Notes under the pieces: generated by a model | Seen by the model: only the letters and a program-made list of their open reading frames with translations | What the model was told of the DNA's origin: nothing | The model's database searches: none | Made by a program: the position numbers and the translations under genes | Shown: positions 1 to 5,108 of the stretch, in pieces | Layout: each line of letters opens with the position of its first letter | How positions within the stretch are numbered: position 1 is the first letter of the stretch | DNA from: a virus | Lineage: Duplodnaviria; Heunggongvirae; Uroviricota; Caudoviricetes | Direction: 5' to 3' (one strand) | IMG/VR virus record: IMGVR_UViG_2728369184_000010 | Location: 1 to 10,104 of that record | Length of the DNA stretch: 10,104 bases

Positions 1-279
1 ATGGCTGCGCTTGGGCAGTCAATCGGTGGTATATTTCCTTCTGATGAAATAGTCAAAGGCTCTATTAGCGGATATGTCTTCGAGCAATTTGAAATCGCCT
101 GTTACACCTCACTCTTAGCAGCAGCAAAAAATGCCGGTGATACAGCTTCAATTCCAACCATCGAAGCGATTTTAAATGAGGAAAAGCAAATGGCCGACTG
201 GCTGATTCAGCATATTCCGCAAACAACTGAGAAATTTTTAATTCGCTCTGAAACTGATGGCGTAGAAGCGAAGAAATAA
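1..279 (+). CDS. yciE: 3' part of a host gene for a YciE-like (DUF892, ferritin-like) protein; the 5' end lies outside the window
   Basis: Frame is open from base 1 to TAA at 277-279. The translation (...MAALGQSIGGIFPSDEIVKGSISGYVFEQFEIACYTSLLAAAKNAGD...) matches my recollection of the YciE C-terminus. It lies convergent to an ompW 3' remnant, as ompW and yciE do in E. coli K-12. The initial Met is probably internal. Confidence 0.55.
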   Translation: MAALGQSIGGIFPSDEIVKGSISGYVFEQFEIACYTSLLAAAKNAGDTASIPTIEAILNEEKQMADWLIQHIPQTTEKFLIRSETDGVEAKK

Positions 280-302
280 TACCCTTTATACCATGTCCTT
301 AT

Positions 303-330
303 TGACCCCGTATATTACGGGGTCGTTTTT
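303..330. terminator. Terminator hairpin between the convergent yciE and ompW 3' ends, probably bidirectional
   Basis: Perfect 9-bp stem GACCCCGTA / TACGGGGTC with a 3-nt loop, followed by GTTTTT on the + strand and preceded by an A-run on the other side. It sits 24 nt after the yciE stop. Confidence 0.6.
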
Positions 331-338
331 GTGCGGAA

Positions 339-455
339 TTAAAAACGATATCCTGCTGAGAACATAAACACCCACGGATCGAGGCGTACGCTATCGTGTT
401 GCTGTGCACCGCCCAGTTTATAATTGGCGGTGGTATCGATATCCATGTACCACAC
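339..455 (-). pseudogene. ompW: Promoterless 3' fragment of ompW (last ~38 codons), displaced by prophage integration
   Basis: Hand translation of the - strand gives VWYMDIDTTANYKLGGAQQHDSVRLDPWVFMFSAGYRF followed by TAA (stop at + 339-341), which matches the OmpW C-terminus as I recall it. There is an in-frame stop just upstream at 465-467 and no start codon, and similarity to OmpW is lost upstream of about 455-465. It is absent from the supplied ORF track because it has no start. Confidence 0.75.
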
Positions 456-465
456 TGGTAGGTTT

Positions 466-626
466 CAAAAAACACAATAACCAATTGTATTTGAAGCAAA
501 AAACAAGACTTTGAGATGCTTTTTTGTACCTTTTTTTTATGTTTTTAACTGTCTGATTTTATTGAAATCTTTTTTAGTTTTGCAGAAGGGATTTTTTACT
601 TGATTGTAACTTTTTCGTTTTTTTGG
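466..626. other. AT-rich, T-tract-rich non-coding segment at the host/prophage boundary; candidate phage arm of the attachment site
   Basis: Many T5-T8 runs between 520 and 624 and no plausible ORF. It sits immediately next to the point where ompW similarity ends. Lambda-type att arms are AT-rich and carry IHF and Int arm sites, but I could not pick out individual sites by eye. Confidence 0.35.
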
Positions 627-663
627 GGCTAATTGACGCGCAATGCTGGGCGGGGAGCGCACA
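627..663. repeat. Copy A of a 37-bp direct repeat (GGCTAATTGACGCGCAATGCTGGGCGGGGAGCGCACA); the second copy is at 2456-2492
   Basis: Hand alignment: 18 identical bases, a 5-nt block with 2 mismatches, then 14 identical bases. Weaker similarity continues about 28 bp further (about 17 of 28). Both copies follow a T-rich run. Confidence 0.8.
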
Positions 664-767
664 GCCAAAAAAACCGAAATTGACCGCTAATTACTGCCAA
701 TCATCATCGCTCTGATTGAGCGTAAATCATTCAGGTTATTCAGTTCTTCCTTCTGCTCTCGCTGACG

Positions 768-938
768 TCAATAAATCCCATCATTGCGATCAACCTCATC
801 CTTAACCATTGATGCGAGCAGTTCTTCCAGTTTCTGCGCTGACAGCTTTACCTGGTGATCTTCAGCATCTTCCCGGGCTATTGTGGTTCGCGCAGTGGCT
901 GATTTTGCTGACATCACCACAGGGGGCAGACGGACCAT
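768..938 (-). CDS. Small hypothetical protein (56 aa from the internal ATG at 936-938), immediately downstream of the tfa-like gene
   Basis: The ORF-track entry 768-1049 starts at a TTG that lies inside the duplicated tfa-downstream hairpin region. The internal ATG at 936-938 is preceded by GGAGG about 10 nt upstream. The predicted protein is charged and helical (MVRLPPVVMSAKSATARTTIAREDAEDHQVKLSAQKLEELLASMVKDEVDRNDGIY) and I do not recognise it. Confidence 0.3.
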   Translation of the reverse strand: MVRLPPVVMSAKSATARTTIAREDAEDHQVKLSAQKLEELLASMVKDEVDRNDGIY

Positions 939-1000
939 TGAACCAGGGCCTCCGGAACAAATAAGGGCAAAAATAACAACCACTATCGAAAGCTCACAAA

Positions 1001-1172
1001 CTAACCGCAGCACGTTCCTGCATACGACGTGTCTGCGGCATAATCCCAATGATTACTCCCTGACAGGATTTGCAGGCCACTCAATATCAGGTGCAGTTGA
1101 TGTATCAACACGATTCAACAATACCCGATATTTATTCCATGCCTCCAGCAACGATCTTTCTTCCTCCGTTGC
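1001..1172. repeat. Copy 1 of a ~172-bp direct repeat covering the 3' end of tfa plus its downstream hairpin; copy 2 is at 2051-2221
   Basis: Hand alignment of 1001-1172 against 2051-2221 gives roughly 90% identity with one 1-nt indel. The plus-strand shadow ORFs 883-1233 and 2079-2456 share the same peptide ([27 protein letters not shown]). Confidence 0.8.
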
Positions 1173-1322
1173 GATTTCCAGATCTACAGCATCCTGCAGT
1201 GGCGCAATATACTCACTGAATTCCTGGATGTAGAACTGTGTGGTGACGGTCTTCCAGCCATTCGGCTCCTGCTGTATCGAAGCATACCAGGCTATTTCAA
1301 TATCGCTATGCTGCGGCAGCAT
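1053..1322 (-). CDS. tfa: Short tail-fibre-assembly-like protein (89 aa): lambda Tfa C-terminal domain preceded by an unrelated short N-terminus
   Basis: The C-terminal ~50 aa ([51 protein letters not shown]) are near-identical to the lambda Tfa C-terminus as I recall it. The N-terminal ~35 aa have no lambda counterpart. The ATG is at 1320-1322 and the TAA at 1053-1055. Lambda Tfa is about 194 aa, so this is a truncated or chimeric version. Confidence 0.7.
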   Translation of the reverse strand: MLPQHSDIEIAWYASIQQEPNGWKTVTTQFYIQEFSEYIAPLQDAVDLEIATEEERSLLEAWNKYRVLLNRVDTSTAPDIEWPANPVRE

Positions 1323-1330
1323 TTAACCCC

Positions 1331-1359
1331 TTGTAATTCATCGCCATAATTGATTTAAT
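1331..1359 (+). promoter_or_regulatory. Candidate sigma-70 promoter for the methyltransferase gene (-35 TTGTAA, 17-nt spacer, -10 TTTAAT)
   Basis: Hexamers read by eye in the 56-bp AT-rich divergent intergenic region between tfa-like (-) and the methyltransferase (+). There is no experimental support, and AT-rich DNA gives many near-matches. Confidence 0.3.
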
Positions 1360-1378
1360 TCACAAATAAAACTATAAC

Positions 1379-2047
1379 ATGGTGAAATTAATGAAAAAAA
1401 ACACAGATGATGGGGCTAAAATTTACACACCACTTACCCTAAAGCTTTATGACTGGTGGGTTTTGGGAGTATCAAATCGGCTTGCATGGGGATGTCCTAC
1501 AAAGGAACACCTTCTTCCACACTTTCTGGAACATTTAGGTAACAACCATCTGGATATTGGTGTTGGAACTGGGTTTTACCTTACTCACGTACCTGAGAGT
1601 AGTCTGATATCTTTAATGGATTTGAACGAAGCTAGCCTGAACGCGGCATCTACAAGGGCTGGGGAATCAAAAATTAAACATAAAATTAGCCATGATGTTT
1701 TTGAACCTTATCCCGCGACGTTACATGGTCAATTTGATTCCATTTCCATGTTTTACCTTCTTCACTGCCTGCCTGGAAATATATCTACAAAAAGCTGTGT
1801 AATACGCAATGCGGCGCAGGCCTTAACTGACGATGGAACTCTATACGGAGCCACAATTCTTGGCGATGGAGTTGTGCACAATAGCTTCGGTCAAAAACTG
1901 ATGCGCATTTACAATCAGAAAGGCATCTTTTCAAACACAAAAGATTCCGAAGAAGGCTTAACACATATACTCTCAGAGCATTTCGAGAATGTTAAAACCA
2001 AGGTTCAAGGTACTGTAGTAATGTTTTCCGCTTCAGGGAAAAAATAG
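1379..2047 (+). CDS. Class I (Rossmann-fold) SAM-dependent methyltransferase, substrate unknown; accessory (moron) gene on the strand opposite to the phage late genes
   Basis: 222-aa ORF with a glycine-rich SAM motif I (HLDIGVGTGFYL), an acidic post-I motif (SLMDLNEAS) and a hydrophobic motif III-like stretch (FDSISMFYLLHCLP). No DPPY/NPPY or PCQ motif typical of DNA methyltransferases. Composition is AT-richer than flanking phage genes (by eye ~40% GC versus over 50%). An alternative start at ATG 1391 (MKKNTDD) has a slightly better upstream GGTG. Confidence 0.75.
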   Translation: MVKLMKKNTDDGAKIYTPLTLKLYDWWVLGVSNRLAWGCPTKEHLLPHFLEHLGNNHLDIGVGTGFYLTHVPESSLISLMDLNEASLNAASTRAGESKIKHKISHDVFEPYPATLHGQFDSISMFYLLHCLPGNISTKSCVIRNAAQALTDDGTLYGATILGDGVVHNSFGQKLMRIYNQKGIFSNTKDSEEGLTHILSEHFENVKTKVQGTVVMFSASGKK

Positions 2048-2050
2048 CAT

Positions 2051-2221
2051 CCAACCGCAGCACGTTCTTGCTTAAGACGTGCTGCGGCATAATCCCAATG
2101 ATTACTCCCTGACAGGGTTCACAGGCCACTCAATATCAGGTGCAGTTGATGTATCAACACGGTTCAGCAACACCCGATACTTTTTCCAGGCTTCCAGCAA
2201 CGAGGTTTCTTCCTCCGTTGC
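2051..2221. repeat. Copy 2 of the ~172-bp tfa 3'-end direct repeat
   Basis: See copy 1 at 1001-1172. This copy begins 4 nt after the methyltransferase stop codon. Confidence 0.8.
2055..2087. terminator. Conserved hairpin downstream of the tfa 3' segments, abutting the methyltransferase stop; possible terminator
   Basis: Perfect 11-bp stem CCGCAGCACGT / ACGTGCTGCGG with an 11-nt loop. The paralogous copy at about 1005-1040 is imperfect (1-nt insertion). There is no U-run directly after the stem on either strand; on the - strand TTTTTT follows after 10 nt. Terminator function is therefore uncertain. Confidence 0.35.
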
Positions 2222-2230
2222 ATATACAGC
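2102..2230 (-). pseudogene. tfa: 3' remnant of a second tfa gene (last ~42 codons, no start codon)
   Basis: Hand translation of the - strand gives [42 protein letters not shown] followed by TAA (stop at + 2102-2104). An in-frame TGA lies immediately upstream and there is no ATG. It matches the lambda Tfa C-terminus. Confidence 0.6.
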
Positions 2231-2240
2231 TCACCTTTTT

Positions 2241-2381
2241 TCACCCACGATTAACCAACAGCCAGACCAGCAGACACGCCACCACCGGCACAGCAAAATC
2301 CATCAGGCTTGCCACATCCCACGCGCGCGGATCAAAACCGCCCCACCACGGCATATTCATTCGCTTGCCATGTCCGAACAT
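2241..2381 (-). CDS. Possible small membrane protein (46 aa), below the ORF-track length cut-off
   Basis: ATG at 2379-2381 and TGA at 2241-2243. The translation MFGHGKRMNMPWWGGFDPRAWDVASLMDFAVPVVACLLVWLLVNRG has a C-terminal hydrophobic stretch compatible with one transmembrane helix. The RBS is weak and the region is GC-rich with open frames on several phases, so this may be spurious. Confidence 0.2.
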   Translation of the reverse strand: MFGHGKRMNMPWWGGFDPRAWDVASLMDFAVPVVACLLVWLLVNRG

Positions 2382-2455
2382 TTCAATCCAGCGATATTAT
2401 GCCTGGGGTGTTCAAGCGCAATGAAGTACGTATTGTATCTTCGCGATTTTTTATA

Positions 2456-2492
2456 GGCTAATTGACGCGCAATTCTGAGCGGGGAGCGCACA
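2456..2492. repeat. Copy B of the 37-bp direct repeat (GGCTAATTGACGCGCAATTCTGAGCGGGGAGCGCACA), about 65 bp downstream of the stf-like stop
   Basis: See copy A at 627-663. Confidence 0.8.
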
Positions 2493-2557
2493 ATCAAACA
2501 GCACAGAATGGATCGCTGATATTTATCCTTTTGTCGGTTTATCAAACAACAAGAGAG

Positions 2558-4387
2558 TCAATAGCGGATTGTCCCTACATCCATTTCTGGCGAATCCACT
2601 AACCAGAAATTATCTGGCTTTACAGCCAGAATGATCCAGGCAGTGTTTGTTGTTGATGGCCAGGAAGGCAGCACATCGTATGCCAGGTTATCGCAAGAAT
2701 CACGATAACCGTACTCATTAAAAAGTGGAGCCATTGCTGCCACAAGATTCACCGCATTCAGCTCATTACCCAGCTTGCGCTCAAAAAGTGCCACACCTGC
2801 CGTTCCTTCCACCCACACGCCACGGCTGTGACCACTATAACCATAATCAGGGTGGTACGGTGTGTAACCCGTGGTTTCCCTCGTACCAAATAAAAAACGC
2901 CCCATATATTTTCGGCACTTAGCCGCTTTCTCAGCATCAATATTGGCAACAAACAATCCGCCCCAGGAAGACTGATCCAGCGCCGCTGCGTTGTCATAGT
3001 GGGTTGAATGAACCCCCTGTCGAAATCGGCCTTCATCTTCCACCCACAGACCTCTGATGATACTCTTTGCCAGCCTGTCAGCCCGCTCACTGAAACCGTC
3101 AAATCCCAGCCGTCCCATCAGTTCAAACAAAAACCAGATATCAACGTTATGCTCCAGTGCGCACCATTCGGCGACGAAAGTTTCATCAAAATTGCCGTCC
3201 ACATAACGCCCCTGCCCCCCTTTATACAGGCCTTCACGCAGGTCGCCTGGTGTGCTCACCAGAAAAGTATCCAGCCAGGCAATGCCTGCCAATAGCTTTT
3301 CTCTGACCCGCGCAGTCTGAGTACCGTCCGGATACTTCTCCAGATAGAAAGCAAGAGCATAATAAACCCATGCCGCATTGCCCAAGCGGTAATAGGTACG
3401 CGGTGACATGGCAGACAGCCTGTTAACAAAAAACTTTACTCCACCGTTTTCATCAACAAGCGCACACAAGCCCGCAACGTATCTTTCTACAGCCTCATGT
3501 CGCTGAACCATCAACGCCAGTGCTGCCAGCGCCTGGTCATACGTGTAACACCGATCTTTCATCACCCTGATCACTTCGGGGTCTGCGTCCTCCGGCATCC
3601 AGTAGCTACGAATGAGCAGTGGAAACTCCAGCGTTGTGATCCACGCATTATCCTCAATCCGAATAAGACGAAACTGTTTTGCTCCCGTCCAGCAACGTCT
3701 GAAATAGAAAGTTCCGTCACTATTCAAATTAGCGTCGCCGTTAAAATACTCTCCGGTTGTATAAGCATACATTTCGACTTTATACTTTTCTGGTTCAGAA
3801 ATATCGCAATATCCGTTAACTGCACCGACATAATTAAAATCGATATTTTCTTTTATTTTTAAAGATATTGATGTATCAACAACCTCGGGTTGTTCCAGTT
3901 TTAACATTGCAGTAGTGCAACGACTCACGATGTCGTCAAAGTTCTCAAAGCGCAAACCGGGAAAACTATCGGCTATTCCCTGCATTTCAGACAGTAACGC
4001 TTCTGCCCTTTTTGTCGCTGATATTGCCACATCTGCACTTCGTCGCGCCTGACTTGTCAAATCTTCAAATCGTTTCACCACATCTGGCTTCAGGTCGCCT
4101 TCGTCGGGGGCAGTCAGAAAATCATTCAGCGTACCTGGTCTGGAACCTTCATAAACGGTAATGGTCCCGGCATGTGAAGGCGGAAAACCTTCAACCAGCA
4201 GGGTGACGCTGTACTGACCATACTCAACATCCATGCTGTAACGTCCAGCTTCATCCGGATTTTCTGAGGCCACCGTGTTCACCACAACCGTTGTGCTGTT
4301 ACGTTTTGCCTTCAGTTGAATAGTGCAGTTCTGTATTGGTTTTCCCGCACCATCTTTCAGCACACCTGAGATTTTTACTGCTGCCAT
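2558..4387 (-). CDS. stf: Side-tail-fibre-like protein: lambda Stf N-terminal tail-attachment domain fused to a divergent ~520-aa C-terminal globular domain (putative receptor-binding or polysaccharide-degrading module)
   Basis: The N-terminal ~90 aa (MAAVKISGVLKDGAGKPIQNCTIQLKAKRNSTTVVVNT...GTITVYEGSRPGTLNDFL) closely match the lambda Stf N-terminus as I recall it. The rest lacks the Ala/Ser/Thr-rich fibre repeats of lambda Stf and is instead rich in aromatic, helix-like segments (TYDQALAALALMV, NAAWVYYALAFYLEKY, WCALEHNVDIWFLFELMGRLG, DNAAALDQSSWGGLF). The position after lom matches lambda stf. The ORF-track start is a GTG at 4393; the ATG at 4385-4387 is preceded by GGGGTGGA and aligns with the lambda start. 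Confidence 0.8.
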   Translation of the reverse strand: MAAVKISGVLKDGAGKPIQNCTIQLKAKRNSTTVVVNTVASENPDEAGRYSMDVEYGQYSVTLLVEGFPPSHAGTITVYEGSRPGTLNDFLTAPDEGDLKPDVVKRFEDLTSQARRSADVAISATKRAEALLSEMQGIADSFPGLRFENFDDIVSRCTTAMLKLEQPEVVDTSISLKIKENIDFNYVGAVNGYCDISEPEKYKVEMYAYTTGEYFNGDANLNSDGTFYFRRCWTGAKQFRLIRIEDNAWITTLEFPLLIRSYWMPEDADPEVIRVMKDRCYTYDQALAALALMVQRHEAVERYVAGLCALVDENGGVKFFVNRLSAMSPRTYYRLGNAAWVYYALAFYLEKYPDGTQTARVREKLLAGIAWLDTFLVSTPGDLREGLYKGGQGRYVDGNFDETFVAEWCALEHNVDIWFLFELMGRLGFDGFSERADRLAKSIIRGLWVEDEGRFRQGVHSTHYDNAAALDQSSWGGLFVANIDAEKAAKCRKYMGRFLFGTRETTGYTPYHPDYGYSGHSRGVWVEGTAGVALFERKLGNELNAVNLVAAMAPLFNEYGYRDSCDNLAYDVLPSWPSTTNTAWIILAVKPDNFWLVDSPEMDVGTIRY

Positions 4388-4397
4388 ATCCACCCCA

Positions 4398-4425
4398 CAA
4401 AAAAGCCCGCCAGAATATGCGGGCT
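4398..4425 (-). terminator. Rho-independent terminator downstream of lom, between lom and the stf-like gene
   Basis: On the - strand: 7-bp GC-rich stem AGCCCGC / GCGGGCT with an 8-nt loop, followed directly by TTTTTT, starting about 16 nt after the lom stop. Confidence 0.55.
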
Positions 4426-4441
4426 GTCATAACACTGCTAA

Positions 4442-5041
4442 TCAGAATTTATAACCGACACCCACGATAAAACCGTCAGTGCGCCAGTCACCACTGCCGG
4501 AGCCTTCATAAGCAATATCAATGGCCACGGATTCGGTCGGGTTAAACTGCACGCCAGCCCCCCACGCCAGAGACGTGTTACTGTGGCGACCATCATCACT
4601 TGCGGTCAGCACATCGTGCGTTTTCCCCTTGTTGTCAGTTACGCGGAGATAATCCCCGGAGAAAGTCGAAACACGGCTGTAAGCCACACCCGCCATCGCA
4701 TATGCGCTGAACCACTCATTCACGCGCACAGATGGCCCCGCCATCATGCTGAACCAGCGGTTACGCACTGAATCTTCATGCCAGCGGGTATCACTGTAAC
4801 GGGTAATCTGGCGATTCTTGTCTCCAGCATAACTGAATGACGTCACCAGCCCCAGCGTGTCCGTAAATTCATAACGGTATTTCACGTTAATGCCCTTCAG
4901 GTCATCGTTGCCGGGCATATCAGTATGGGACTGAATATACCCGGAGCTTAGTGTGGACTGATGCTCTGCTGCACTCGCTGGCGTACCAGCGGCAACCAGC
5001 CAGACTACTGCGGACAGAATAACAGCACATAATTTACGCAT
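4442..5041 (-). CDS. lom: Lom/Ail/PagC-family outer-membrane beta-barrel protein
   Basis: 199-aa ORF with a signal peptide ([24 protein letters not shown]). The C-terminus [23 protein letters not shown] is identical to lambda Lom as I recall it. It sits immediately downstream of J as in lambda. The - strand has GAGAGG upstream of the ATG. Confidence 0.9.
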   Translation of the reverse strand: MRKLCAVILSAVVWLVAAGTPASAAEHQSTLSSGYIQSHTDMPGNDDLKGINVKYRYEFTDTLGLVTSFSYAGDKNRQITRYSDTRWHEDSVRNRWFSMMAGPSVRVNEWFSAYAMAGVAYSRVSTFSGDYLRVTDNKGKTHDVLTASDDGRHSNTSLAWGAGVQFNPTESVAIDIAYEGSGSGDWRTDGFIVGVGYKF

Positions 5042-5065
5042 AATTACCTCTCGCTTTTCTGCAAT

Positions 5066-5089
5066 AAAAAAGGCGCCATTTCTGGCGCC
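5066..5089 (-). terminator. Rho-independent terminator between J and lom
   Basis: On the - strand: 7-bp stem GGCGCCA / TGGCGCC with a 4-nt loop, followed by TTTTTT. It lies in the 67-bp J-lom spacer. Confidence 0.6.
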
Positions 5090-5108
5090 CGTATCTGGGT
5101 TATAAAAT

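Noticed and set aside
299-499. 66-aa - strand ORF across the yciE/ompW intergenic region
   Set aside because: It overlaps the ompW remnant in the wrong frame and runs through the terminator hairpin. The real coding signal here is the start-less ompW 3' fragment.
1049-1049. TTG start of the 93-aa ORF (768-1049)
   Set aside because: The 5' extension lies inside the duplicated tfa-downstream hairpin region and has no RBS. The internal ATG at 936-938 with GGAGG upstream is preferred, if the ORF is real at all.
883-1233. 116-aa + strand ORF, with its paralogues at 2079-2456 and 2140-2424
   Set aside because: Antisense shadows of the duplicated tfa 3' segments. Their shared peptide simply reflects the DNA repeat.
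1379-2047. Methyltransferase as the modification half of a restriction-modification system
   Set aside because: No DPPY/NPPY (N6A/N4C) or PCQ (C5) catalytic motifs and no adjacent endonuclease-sized ORF. A non-DNA substrate is more likely, though only a profile search can settle it.
627-2492. Invertible tail-fibre segment (Pin/Gin/Min-type) or CRISPR array
   Set aside because: The repeats are direct, not inverted, and no invertase gene is present. There are only two copies with a 1.8 kb gene-containing interval, not short regular spacers.
2357-2545. 62-aa - strand ORF downstream of stf
   Set aside because: Lys/Arg-rich, no recognisable features, and it spans the 37-bp repeat. Probably a chance ORF.
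2725-3862. Internal ORFs within the stf-like gene (2725-2922 +, 2758-3102 -, 3008-3295 +, 3497-3862 +)
   Set aside because: Alternative-frame or antisense ORFs inside a long, well-supported CDS.
4583-4771. 62-aa + strand ORF inside lom
   Set aside because: Antisense to lom.
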